The notes: generated from the letters alone by a model not told the origin. Positions 38,651-47,699 are shown, numbered from the stretch's first letter. The stretch: 64,000 bases of DNA from Acidobacteriota bacterium (GCA_003223135.1 QHXX01000038.1:27672-91671), one strand, 5' to 3'. Numbers and translations are program-made.

Positions 38651-40296
38651 GCTCCCATTCTGAGGACGCGCCCGGCCGCCTGCGGACGGAACTCCCTGCC
38701 GGCCACCACGCGCCGGCCGTTGACCAGGACCTCGTCGATCCCTGCCGCGAAGCGCCGAGGCTCCGTGAACGTCGATTGATCGGCGACGGTGAGCGGATCG
38801 AAGAGCACCAGGTCGGCCTTGCACCCCGCCATCACACGCCCCCGGTCGCGCAGTCCGAGCCTGTCCGCGGGCAGCGATGTCATCTTGCGCACCGCCTCCT
38901 CGAGACCGAGGAGCTTCCGCTCGCGGACGTAGTGCCCCAGGACGCGCGGAAAGGCGCCATACGCCCCGGGATGCGGGAACCCCTTGCCGATCTCCCAGGC
39001 GTCGGAGACGACAGCGAGCCTCGGGCTCCGGAGCAGTGGCAGCAACGGATCGTCGCTCGTCTCGTCGCCGGAGACTCCGAAGATGAGCTGCGTGGCGACA
39101 CCAGACTCTTCCAGGAGAACGTCCGACAGCGCGTCGAACGGATCCTGGCCGCGGCGCCGGCCGATCGCGGCAATCGTCAGGTGCTCGTACCCCTTGTTGC
39201 CCGACCCATCGACATGCGCCAGTCGGATATGGTCCCAGCCGCACTCGCGGGCGATGTTCATGGTGAAGCGACCCTCCCCCGCCCACGGCGGCCACACGGG
39301 CGAGGTCTCCGCGACCTCCCGCTTCATCCGGGCACGCAGGACCGGGTCGCGCAGCCGCTCCAGGAAGGCCGCGACACCGCCGTCGAGCGACCAGGGGGGA
39401 TAGAGCGCCAGCATCGTGGTGCAGACCGCCGTGTAGGGGATGACGTCCGCCGTCATCTCGATCCCGTCGCGCACCGCCCGCTCTTCGGCCGCGAGGATGT
39501 CGGGTGTTCCGGACCAGGCCCGGCTGCCGACCGTCTCGACGTGGGAGTGATGCACGGCCGCCCGCGCGCGCCGTCCCACCTCGATCAGCTCGTCGACGGC
39601 GTGCGCCAGCGTGTCGCGGCTGCTTCCGCGCTGGTGGAAGGCCGCGAAGCCGGACGCCGCGGCCGCCGCCCGCGTCACCGACACCAGCTCGTCGGTGTCG
39701 GCGAACTGCCCGGGCGGATAGATCAGGCCGAAGGAAACGCCATACGCCCCCTCTTCCATCGCCTGGCTCACCAGCCGATCGAGCGCGCGCTGCTCGTCCG
39801 TGTCCGGCCGCCCGGAGCGCGCACCCATGGCCATCAAGCGCAGCGGACCGTGCGCCACGAGCGACGCCACGTTGACGAGCACACCCTGGGTTTCCAGATG
39901 TCCGAGGTACGAGGCGAACGTTTGCCAGCTCCAGGAGACCTCTTCAGGGGTGATGAAACCGCACACCCGCTCGACGTCCGACTTCGTCGTCGCCGAAAGC
40001 GGAACGCATCCGATGCCGCAGTTGCCGAGGAGCTCCGTGGTGATCCCCTGTCGCACGCGCCCCTCGAGGAGGCGCGCCTGATCGTGAAGCGGCAGGGTGA
40101 AGCACAGATCCGAATGGGAGTGCAGGTCGATGAAGCCGGGGGCCACGACGCGACCGCCTGCGTCGATACGGGGTGCTTCGACCTCGAGCCGCGACTCGAC
40201 GGCGGCGATCCGGTCACCCAGGATGCCGACGTCGGCCCTGAAGGCGGGGCGCCCGGTGCCGTCGATGACCTGTCCGTTGGCGAGGATCAGATCCAG
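38647..40296 (-). CDS. D-aminoacylase-family amidohydrolase (N-acyl-D-amino-acid deacylase-like) with non-canonical start
   Basis: APGFIDLHSHSD metal-binding motif, TIM-barrel amidohydrolase core, C-terminal beta domain; N-terminal beta-sandwich (PTLDLILANGQVIDGTGRPAFRADVGI) is in frame upstream of the ORF-track GTG (40146), but the frame has no ATG/GTG/TTG back to a TAA stop; CTG at 40296 preceded by GGAG is the best candidate start. Confidence 0.7.
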   Translation of the reverse strand: MDLILANGQVIDGTGRPAFRADVGILGDRIAAVESRLEVEAPRIDAGGRVVAPGFIDLHSHSDLCFTLPLHDQARLLEGRVRQGITTELLGNCGIGCVPLSATTKSDVERVCGFITPEEVSWSWQTFASYLGHLETQGVLVNVASLVAHGPLRLMAMGARSGRPDTDEQRALDRLVSQAMEEGAYGVSFGLIYPPGQFADTDELVSVTRAAAAASGFAAFHQRGSSRDTLAHAVDELIEVGRRARAAVHHSHVETVGSRAWSGTPDILAAEERAVRDGIEMTADVIPYTAVCTTMLALYPPWSLDGGVAAFLERLRDPVLRARMKREVAETSPVWPPWAGEGRFTMNIARECGWDHIRLAHVDGSGNKGYEHLTIAAIGRRRGQDPFDALSDVLLEESGVATQLIFGVSGDETSDDPLLPLLRSPRLAVVSDAWEIGKGFPHPGAYGAFPRVLGHYVRERKLLGLEEAVRKMTSLPADRLGLRDRGRVMAGCKADLVLFDPLTVADQSTFTEPRRFAAGIDEVLVNGRRVVAGREFRPQAAGRVLRMGA

Positions 40297-40309
40297 AGTG
40301 GGCTCCGCG

Positions 40310-40609
40310 TCAGCGGCCGAAGCGAGGTCGTTCGCCCAGGTGCCCGATCGAATGGAAACGATCCTTGTTGACCTTTAGGTTATTGGCTCCCTGGCTGCAG
40401 CCGGTGCACCCGGAGTAGGTCTCGTTGAAGTGACGGTAACAGCAGTCCATGAGGTTGTACCAGACGCCGTATTTCCAGCAGAAGAAGTTGGCGTCCCGGG
40501 GACGGAAGTTGCACTTGAGGACATGGCGTCGCAGGCCCCGGCCGGTCTCGTCGGTCCCCTCGGGCTCTACCGGATCGATGGTACGCAACTGCCCCCTCGC
40601 TGAGCTCAT
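40310..40609 (-). CDS. small Cys/aromatic-rich hypothetical protein (99 aa, C-x10-C-x11-CC-x10-C-x2-C)
   Basis: MSSARGQLRTIDPVEPEGTDETGRGLRRHVLKCNFRPRDANFFCWKYGVWYNLMDCCYRHFNETYSGCTGCSQGANNLKVNKDRFHSIGHLGERPRFGR; composition (N, F, Y, W, K, C) is unlike GC-frame artefact ORFs; TGA stop lies 11 nt upstream of the amidohydrolase candidate start. Confidence 0.5.
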   Translation of the reverse strand: MSSARGQLRTIDPVEPEGTDETGRGLRRHVLKCNFRPRDANFFCWKYGVWYNLMDCCYRHFNETYSGCTGCSQGANNLKVNKDRFHSIGHLGERPRFGR

Positions 40610-40721
40610 GCGGGCATTCTAATGCATTCCCGGCGCGCGAGCACCCCCACCGCGCCCGTTCCGGGGCTACGGGGCCTGCGGCCCGGGGGCGCTGAACCTC
40701 CCCGAAGAAGAGAGTGTCGAA

Positions 40722-41732
40722 ATGCCGCGCCAGGGGACAGTCGTCGTGTACGTGGAGGCGCCCCGGCGCATCGCCGGCCCGGTTCTCAAGACCTTCGAGG
40801 AGCAGACCGGCATCGAGGTCAGCGCGACGTACCGGGAAAACCTCGGGGACCAGTTTCTGTCGACGCTGAAGTCGCAGGCGGAGCGGGGGGCGGTCGACGT
40901 TTTCTGGGGCGAGACTCCGCTCTCGGCGTACGACATTGTGGACGCCGGCCTGGCGGCGCCGTTCCGGCCGGCGGGGGCGCGCCCTGTGCCGGGACAATAC
41001 CGCGACCGGGAGTTCCGCTGGATCGGCTTCGCCGTCAACCCCCGGGTCATCGTCTACAACACCAACCGCATGAAGCGCGAGGAGGCGCCGACAGAGACCA
41101 CCGACCTCACGAGGGCTCCCTGGGCCGGCAGAGGGGCGATGCCTCGCATCGCCACAGGCCCCCCGGCCTTTCACGCCGCGGCCCTGTTCACGCTCTGGGG
41201 CCCGGAGAAGGGCCGGGCGTTCTTCGAAGCGCTGCGCGCGGACGGCGGTACGCGCATCGTGGAGGACGACCGCGAAGTGCGCCGTCTGGTGTCCGAGGGA
41301 GGGGCGGCCTGGGGGCTGATCGGACTCGATCAGGCGATCTGTGCCAAGCGCGAGGCCGAGCCGGTCAACGTCCTGTTCCCCGATCGACTCGGTTCGGGAG
41401 CGATCGTGCCGCCGCACGTGGCGATCCTTCTTCGAGGCGCTCCCCACGCCGCCCAGGCCAAGGGACTGTTCAGCTACCTGTTCAGGACCGAGTCAGCCTG
41501 GGTTCTGGGACAGAACGACTGCGCGCTCGTCACGCTGCTTCCCAACGTTCCCCGACCTGACTGGGTCCCTGCGCTCGGCGGGCTCAATGTCGCCCAGGTC
41601 GACCCCGAGGCAGCCTGGAAGGTCTATCGAGCCAACGCCCCTTATTTTTCCTCCTGGGGGGCGGAGCAGGGGCCGACGGCGGCACCCCCGATCCGGCCGC
41701 GGGCGGCGCTCGACCCTGCGCCACGGCCTTGA
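40722..41732 (+). CDS. ABC-type periplasmic-binding-protein fold (Fe3+/thiamine/polyamine SBP family) protein lacking a signal peptide
   Basis: TVVVYVEAPRRIAGPVLKTFEEQTGIEVS ... FWGETPLSAYD pattern of FbpA/ThiB-type SBPs; in-frame upstream is closed by TAA with no alternative start, so no signal peptide; GAAGAAGAGAG RBS. Confidence 0.65.
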   Translation: MPRQGTVVVYVEAPRRIAGPVLKTFEEQTGIEVSATYRENLGDQFLSTLKSQAERGAVDVFWGETPLSAYDIVDAGLAAPFRPAGARPVPGQYRDREFRWIGFAVNPRVIVYNTNRMKREEAPTETTDLTRAPWAGRGAMPRIATGPPAFHAAALFTLWGPEKGRAFFEALRADGGTRIVEDDREVRRLVSEGGAAWGLIGLDQAICAKREAEPVNVLFPDRLGSGAIVPPHVAILLRGAPHAAQAKGLFSYLFRTESAWVLGQNDCALVTLLPNVPRPDWVPALGGLNVAQVDPEAAWKVYRANAPYFSSWGAEQGPTAAPPIRPRAALDPAPRP

Positions 41733-41879
41733 CGGTCTGACGATCGCCTGACGGGCGTATCGCCGCAAACCCGCGTCAAATAGGGTTTTTTCACGTTGCC
41801 GCCCGATTTTTTGGGTGGTATAGAATACGCGCAGCCGATTCGGGAAAGGAGCGACCTCCGGGCCCGCCGGGGGTTTTTC

Positions 41880-42965
41880 ATGCAGGGAGAGGTCCAGCCG
41901 AAACCGCCGCGATCGCCCGCGGTGGCTACGCGGAAGTTTCGCATCTTGATCGTCGACGACGACCGGGACAGCGTCGATCTGCTCGCCGAGTGGCTCACCA
42001 TGGGCGGCTACGAGGTCACGCACGCCCGGGACGGCCAGGAGGCGCTGCGCCGGATCCAGACCGATCGCCCCGACCTCGTCCTTCTCGACCTGTTGATCCC
42101 GCCCCCGGACGGGATGCAGGTGATGCGTACCATCAAGCGCGACCGCCTGCTCTCCACCATCCCGGTCGTCGTGATGACCGTCAAGCGGGACGTCAAGAGC
42201 AAGGTCGAGTGCCTCAAGAGCGGCGCCGACGATTTCATCGTCAAGCCGTTCCACTTCGACGAGCTGGATGCCGTCCTGCGCTCGTCACTCAAGAAGCGCT
42301 ACCTCTACACCTCTTTGGAGCGGGCCAACCAGCAGTTGCGCGACGCCAACGAGCGGCTCCTGAAGCTGACGGTCACCGACGAACGCACCAACCTCCTGAA
42401 CGATCGCTACCTGAGGCGCCGGCTGTCCGAGGAGTTCAAGCGGGCGCAGCGCTACGGCACGCCGCTGTCCGTGGCCATGCTCGACCTCGACCACTTCAAG
42501 CAGGTGAACGACAAGTACGGGCACGACTGCGGCGATCAGGTGCTGCGCGAATTCGCAAAGCTCCTGACTGAGAACGCGCGCACCACCGACATCGTGGGGA
42601 GGTATGGCGGCGAGGAGTTCCTCATCGTCCTGCCCAACACCGACGGCATCCGCGCCGCCATCGTCGCCGAGCGCATCCGCAAGGCGGCCGACGAGCACAT
42701 CTACAAGTACAAGGAGTTCCTGGTGCGGCTCACCGTGAGCGCCGGTGTCGCCTCCTCCCCCGCCAACACTCAGGTTCGGGACGAGAACGATCTCCTGAAG
42801 GCCGCCGACCAGGCGCTCTATCGCGCCAAACAGGTGTCGCGCAACCGGGTGATCGTGGACCGGGCCTCGATGCCGCCGGACGTCCTCGAGGGGGACCTGT
42901 CGTCGATCTTCAAGGCCTCATACGAGGACAACCTGGGTCGCGATCGCGATCGGGACGAGAGCTAG
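41880..42965 (+). CDS. response regulator receiver-GGDEF diguanylate cyclase (PleD-like)
   Basis: REC domain (ILIVDDD...DLVLLDLLIPPPDG...KSGADDFIVKP), GGDEF domain with intact GGEEF (RYGGEEFLIV) and RxxD I-site region. Confidence 0.9.
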   Translation: MQGEVQPKPPRSPAVATRKFRILIVDDDRDSVDLLAEWLTMGGYEVTHARDGQEALRRIQTDRPDLVLLDLLIPPPDGMQVMRTIKRDRLLSTIPVVVMTVKRDVKSKVECLKSGADDFIVKPFHFDELDAVLRSSLKKRYLYTSLERANQQLRDANERLLKLTVTDERTNLLNDRYLRRRLSEEFKRAQRYGTPLSVAMLDLDHFKQVNDKYGHDCGDQVLREFAKLLTENARTTDIVGRYGGEEFLIVLPNTDGIRAAIVAERIRKAADEHIYKYKEFLVRLTVSAGVASSPANTQVRDENDLLKAADQALYRAKQVSRNRVIVDRASMPPDVLEGDLSSIFKASYEDNLGRDRDRDES

Positions 42966-42980
42966 AGACTGTCCGTCGCC

Positions 42981-44111
42981 TCACCAGCGCTCGGCGATCG
43001 CTCTGACCAGAGCGCCGAGCCCGTCCAGGTCCTTTTCGTTAATCACTTCCACCGGCGAATGGGAATGGACCGTCGGCCAGGAGAGCGCCAGGTCGGGTGT
43101 CCCGAACTCGGGGAAGACCGATCCGTCGTTGCCACCGCGGGTCAGGCCGTATTGCACCGGTATTCCCGCCTGTCGCGCCAGGTTCAGGACGCGATCGACC
43201 AGAGCCGGATCGGTGATGTTGCTGCTGTCGATGGCACGCACCACGGGGCCTTTCCCCAGGATGGCGTGGGCGAAGGCGGGACGCTCCAGAGGACTGTCGG
43301 ACGACACGAATGTATCCACGGCGATGGCCAGGTCCGGCCGCAGTGTCTCCGCCATCGCCTGCGCCCCGTCGAGGCCGGTCTCCTCCTCCACGGAGAAGGC
43401 GAAAATGAGCTTGTGGCGCAGGGTCTTCGGGTCGATCCCGCGCAGCGCCACGAGGAGAGCGGTGCAGCCGGCGCGGTCGTCCACGGCCCGGCCCGAGCCG
43501 AAAGAGCCGTACAGCCGTTGGAAGGCCTTCGGAACGGTGACGGGATCGCCGGGGGCGATGCCGAGCGATTCGGCCACGGCTCGCGACGAGGCGCCCACGT
43601 CGACGCGCACAGCCTCCTTGCCGAAGGCCGCGGGCGTCTCCACGGCGGAGGGGTCGAGGTAATTCGGCCGTGGCGGAACGACGCCACCGACGTCCCCCTT
43701 CGCTGCGTGGACGAGAACCACTTGCCCTTCGTAGAGCGTCTCGAAGAACCCGCCGACGGCCTTGACGTCGAGCCCTCCGTCCTCCCGGATCGCCGTCACG
43801 AGGTAGCCTGTCTCGTCCATGTGTGCGATGAACAGGAGGGTCTTGGCAGCGCGCTCCGGCCCCACCGTGACCAGCAGGTTCCCCTTGGCGTCCACTGCGG
43901 GTCGGGCCCAGGCCGGCAGAAGCGAGCGGATTCGATCGCGCACACCCTGCTCACGCGTCGATACCCCGGGAGTGTTGATGAGAGCCTCGAGGATGCCGAA
44001 GCTGCCACCCTCCCGGCCCGGGCGCGCGGCCCGAATGTCTCCTGCGCCGGCCAGGACGGCCGCCGTGATCGACGCGAGCGATAGCAGAACGGTGCGCGCC
44101 CGACCGGTCAT
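42981..44111 (-). CDS. M42-family metallopeptidase (FrvX/glutamyl aminopeptidase-like), secreted
   Basis: Signal peptide, LLFIAHMDETGYLV, DDRAGCTALLVAL metal-ligand motifs of M42; ATG overlaps stop of upstream M42 paralogue (ATGA). Confidence 0.8.
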   Translation of the reverse strand: MTGRARTVLLSLASITAAVLAGAGDIRAARPGREGGSFGILEALINTPGVSTREQGVRDRIRSLLPAWARPAVDAKGNLLVTVGPERAAKTLLFIAHMDETGYLVTAIREDGGLDVKAVGGFFETLYEGQVVLVHAAKGDVGGVVPPRPNYLDPSAVETPAAFGKEAVRVDVGASSRAVAESLGIAPGDPVTVPKAFQRLYGSFGSGRAVDDRAGCTALLVALRGIDPKTLRHKLIFAFSVEEETGLDGAQAMAETLRPDLAIAVDTFVSSDSPLERPAFAHAILGKGPVVRAIDSSNITDPALVDRVLNLARQAGIPVQYGLTRGGNDGSVFPEFGTPDLALSWPTVHSHSPVEVINEKDLDGLGALVRAIAERW

Positions 44112-45228
44112 CGGTCTTCTTCCGCGATCGACTTGAGGAGCGTCGCAAGCGCCACGATGTCATGCGCATCGACGACTTCGGCCGGCGTACCGGTATACAG
44201 GATAGGGACTCCGATCGGCAAAACGCGCGTCTTGCCGACGAACGCGCTTTGATCCCCCGCGGTCCCGTAGGTCGCGTTCTGCAAGGGCAGCCGGGTTCGC
44301 GCCGCGCGCTCGGCGAGGCGGTTGTAGATCTCCTGCGAGAACCCTTCCGTCCCGCCCGGAACGGCGACAACCGGCCCTTTTCCAGGCGCCGTGCGCGCCC
44401 CGCCCGGGAGCGGCGCGTCGACCACCAGGACGTCATCGGCCTCGACACGGTTGGCGAGACGCCCAGCCCCACGTCCTCCCATGAGCTGCTGGGCTGAGAA
44501 GGCCACGGTCAGAGTGCCATGGATCTTGGCGGGCTCGAGCTCCTGCAAGAGCAGGAGGAGGGCCGCGCACCCCGCCCGGTCGTCCATGGCCGGGCCGGCC
44601 AGCTTGCCGCCGGCCAAATCCACGATGCGCCGGGCGATGACGACGGGGTCGAGGAGCACGACACCCGCCGCCTCGACGTCCGCGGCGCTCCGTGCGCCAA
44701 TGTCGACGAAAAGGTCTTCGTCGACGACCGGCCGGTTGAGTGGGGCGGCATTGCCGCGCCACAGGTGGGTCGAGTAGACGACCGAGACGGCCGGGATCGT
44801 GCCGCGCCGTCCCTGGATCAAAAGCGGCTGGCCCATGTGGAACTGATCGAACAGCGGCGAGAGGGAAAGCCGCGTCAGGCGCTGCAGCTTCAGATACCCC
44901 TGATCGGTGACCCCGGTCACGACGTACCCGGGCTCATCCATGTGGGCGAGGAGGAGAAGTCCCGGCTTCCCCGAGCCGACGCTCACCGTCAGGTTGCCGA
45001 GATTGTCCTCCTGGAACGAGGCCCAGGAGGGCGCCGCCCGGCGAATCGCGGCGCGCACCGGTCCCTCACGGCCAGCCACGCCCCCGACTGACGCCAGGGC
45101 GCGCACGAGTGCCCTGGCCTCCTCGAGTTGGTCGGCCCCGGACCGCGTCCATACCGACAGGGACGTCGCAAGTACTATGAAGACGAAAGCCGATGGCCGG
45201 CGACGTTCCGGACACCCCAGACGCGCCA
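44108..45228 (-). CDS. M42-family metallopeptidase, paralogue 2, secreted
   Basis: LLLLAHMDEPGYVV, MDDRAGCAALLLLLQ; GTG start (VARLGCPERRRPSAFVFIVLATSLSVWTRSGA signal peptide) with GAGGGGG RBS preferred over upstream ATGs. Confidence 0.75.
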
Positions 45229-45362
45229 CGAGTTCCCCCTCCCCGGCGGCCCCCGTGGACGGCCGCGGGTCGATGGAAGGCCGCGGGATCATATCCCTGC
45301 GGGCGCGACATGGTACCCTAGTTGACCATCCCGTCCGCGGGAAAGGAGTCCGAAGGAAATTC

Positions 45363-47699
45363 ATGGCCTCGATTCGGAAGGAGCGGGGCGCATGGTGGCG
45401 GTTCGACCCGGTGCGCCTTCTTCTCAGGGCGGGTCTCGCGGTCGCCCTGGTCCTGGCCGGACTCCTGACTCTGGCCAGCATCGACGCCAATTGGCGATTC
45501 GCCCACCTGGAGGCCGCGGCCCCGGCCCGGGTCTTCTCCGCCCCGTTCGTCCTCTCCGACAGGGTGGCGGTGGTCCGCGAAGATCTTTTCGAGAGGCTGG
45601 CGCGCCTCGGCTACCGCAAGATCGACGGACACCCCAGCATGCCCGGCGAATACTCTGTCCGTTTCCGGGCGCTCGAAATCTTCTTGAACGCTTTCAACTA
45701 CCCCACCGGAAGGGTCGAGGCCATGCCCGTGCGCGTGAAGATTGGATTCGGGCGCATCGGTCACATCGAGAATCTCTCGAGCGGGGAGGATCTCGAGCGC
45801 GCTCTCATCGAGCCCGAGCCGCTGGGTACCCTATCCGGAAGCGTGCGGGAGGAGCGGCTCGCTGTGTCGATTGACGACCTGCCGAAGCACCTGCTCGACG
45901 CGGTCGTCGCGGTCGAGGACCGCCGTTTCTACCGGCACTCCGGCATCGACCCCCGCGCTCTCGCGCGCGCTCTTTTCGCCAACGTCAAAAGCGGCGAGGT
46001 CGTGCAGGGCGGCAGCACCATCACCCAGCAGCTCGCCAAGAATCTGTATCCGAGCGGCGAGAGAACACTGACCCGCAAGCTGTGGGAGACGCTGGCGGCG
46101 CTGAGCCTCGAGGCTCTGCACAGCAAGAGCGAGATCCTGGAGCGCTATCTGAATCAGATCTACATGGCGCAGCGCGGGCCGACTTCGATCATCGGGGTGG
46201 GCGCCGCCTCGGGACACTACTTCGGCAAGGACGCGCGCTACCTGGACCTGCCGGAAGCGGCGCTCGTCGCCGGGCTTATCCAGTCACCCGGGCGGTACCA
46301 CCCGTACCGGCACCCGCGGGAGGCGCTTGAGCGCCGCAACCTGGTTCTGCGGTTGATGCGCGACGAGGGGTTCATCACCGAGCCGCAGTATGACGAGGCG
46401 CGGGAGGCTCCGCTCAGTCTGCGCCCGGAGCCGGCGGCCGACGCCAGACAGGCCCCCTACTTCATCGATTTTGTCGCGCAACAACTTCAGGATCAGGGGC
46501 TGCGCGACCCCGCCTCGCGCCTCGGGATTCGGGTGTTCACCACTCTGGATCCGCTGCTGCAGGCGCGCGCCGACAAGGCGGTCGACGCGAGCCTGAAGCA
46601 ATACGAGCGCGCCTACACGCAGCTCCGTCCTCTGCCCGGCGGCGAGATTCAGGGGGCGTTCGTCGCCCTCAACCCCTCCGACGGCTCGATCCTGGCGATG
46701 GTCGGAGGCCGGAATTACGGACGCAGCCAGTTCAACCGGATTACCCAGGCCCACCGGCAGCCGGGATCCGCGTTCAAGCCGTTCGTCTACCTGGCGGGCT
46801 TCCAGAAGGCGCAGGACGAGCGCACGCCCCTGTTCACCGCCGCGACGGTCCTGGACGACTCGCCCCTGGAGATGGAGGTTTCCGGCCATCCCTGGGCGCC
46901 GCAGAACTTCGACCAGGAGTACAGGGGCCCGGTCAGCGCGCGCCAGGCGCTGGCGCTTTCCCTCAACGTGCCCACCATCCGGGCGGCCGAGACGATCGGG
47001 CTCAGGGACATCGTGCGAATGGCGCGGCGCTGCGGCATCGAGAGCCCTCTGCAGCCCGTCCCCTCGATCGCGCTCGGCACGTTCGAGGTGGTCCCGCTCG
47101 AGATGGTCTCGGCCTTCACGACCATCGCCACCCTCGGGACGCGCGCATGGCCGCGGGCGATCATCGCGGTGGTGGACGACAGCGGGAAGGTCATGGAAGT
47201 CCCCACCCACCCGCCGCAGGAGGCGGCAACGCCGCAGGCGTCCTACCTGACCCTCGACCTGATGCGCGATGTGGTCCGCTACGGCACCGGCGCCGCCATC
47301 TGGTCCTACGGCGTCGAAGGCGAGTTCGCGGGGAAGACGGGGACCACCGACGAGGGACGCGACGCCTGGTTCGTCGGCTTCACGCCTGACTTTCTCGGAC
47401 TGGCCTGGGTCGGATTCGACAACAACCGTCCGCTGCGCCTGGGCGGCTCCGCCCTGGCTCTGCCGATCTGGGCCCAGGTCGCGCGCGGCGCCGGCATCGA
47501 CCGGGGCCGGCGCTGGGAAATGCCCAGCGGAATCGTGGAAGAGGAGGTCGACTCGACCACCGGCCTGCGCGCCACCGCCCGCTGCCCCGACTCCACGCCC
47601 GAAATCTTCATCGAAGGCACGGAGCCGCCGGAGTGCGACCAGCACCAGGGCGGCTTCGAGTCCTGGGCGACGCGGATCATGAACTGGTTCCGCCACTGA
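45363..47699 (+). CDS. mrcA: class A penicillin-binding protein 1A (transglycosylase/transpeptidase)
   Basis: GT51 motifs EDRRFYRHSGID, GGSTITQQLAKN; transpeptidase SAFKP (SxxK), SLN (SxN), KTGT; AAGGA RBS; internal ATG of ORF 44907..47699. Confidence 0.9.
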   Translation: MASIRKERGAWWRFDPVRLLLRAGLAVALVLAGLLTLASIDANWRFAHLEAAAPARVFSAPFVLSDRVAVVREDLFERLARLGYRKIDGHPSMPGEYSVRFRALEIFLNAFNYPTGRVEAMPVRVKIGFGRIGHIENLSSGEDLERALIEPEPLGTLSGSVREERLAVSIDDLPKHLLDAVVAVEDRRFYRHSGIDPRALARALFANVKSGEVVQGGSTITQQLAKNLYPSGERTLTRKLWETLAALSLEALHSKSEILERYLNQIYMAQRGPTSIIGVGAASGHYFGKDARYLDLPEAALVAGLIQSPGRYHPYRHPREALERRNLVLRLMRDEGFITEPQYDEAREAPLSLRPEPAADARQAPYFIDFVAQQLQDQGLRDPASRLGIRVFTTLDPLLQARADKAVDASLKQYERAYTQLRPLPGGEIQGAFVALNPSDGSILAMVGGRNYGRSQFNRITQAHRQPGSAFKPFVYLAGFQKAQDERTPLFTAATVLDDSPLEMEVSGHPWAPQNFDQEYRGPVSARQALALSLNVPTIRAAETIGLRDIVRMARRCGIESPLQPVPSIALGTFEVVPLEMVSAFTTIATLGTRAWPRAIIAVVDDSGKVMEVPTHPPQEAATPQASYLTLDLMRDVVRYGTGAAIWSYGVEGEFAGKTGTTDEGRDAWFVGFTPDFLGLAWVGFDNNRPLRLGGSALALPIWAQVARGAGIDRGRRWEMPSGIVEEEVDSTTGLRATARCPDSTPEIFIEGTEPPECDQHQGGFESWATRIMNWFRH

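Noticed and set aside
40310-40609. The Cys-rich ORF as a heme-binding (CxxCH) or known Zn-ribbon protein.
   Set aside because: No CxxCH is present: CCYRH and CTGCS do not fit. The spacing does not match rubredoxin, ZAS, CDGSH or YkgJ patterns. It is left as unknown rather than forced into a family.
40610-40721. Small hairpin GGGCC-TGC-GGCCC in the divergent spacer between the Cys-rich ORF and the SBP gene.
   Set aside because: The stem is short and occurs in GC-rich context with no flanking promoter hexamers. It is insufficient evidence for an operator or terminator.
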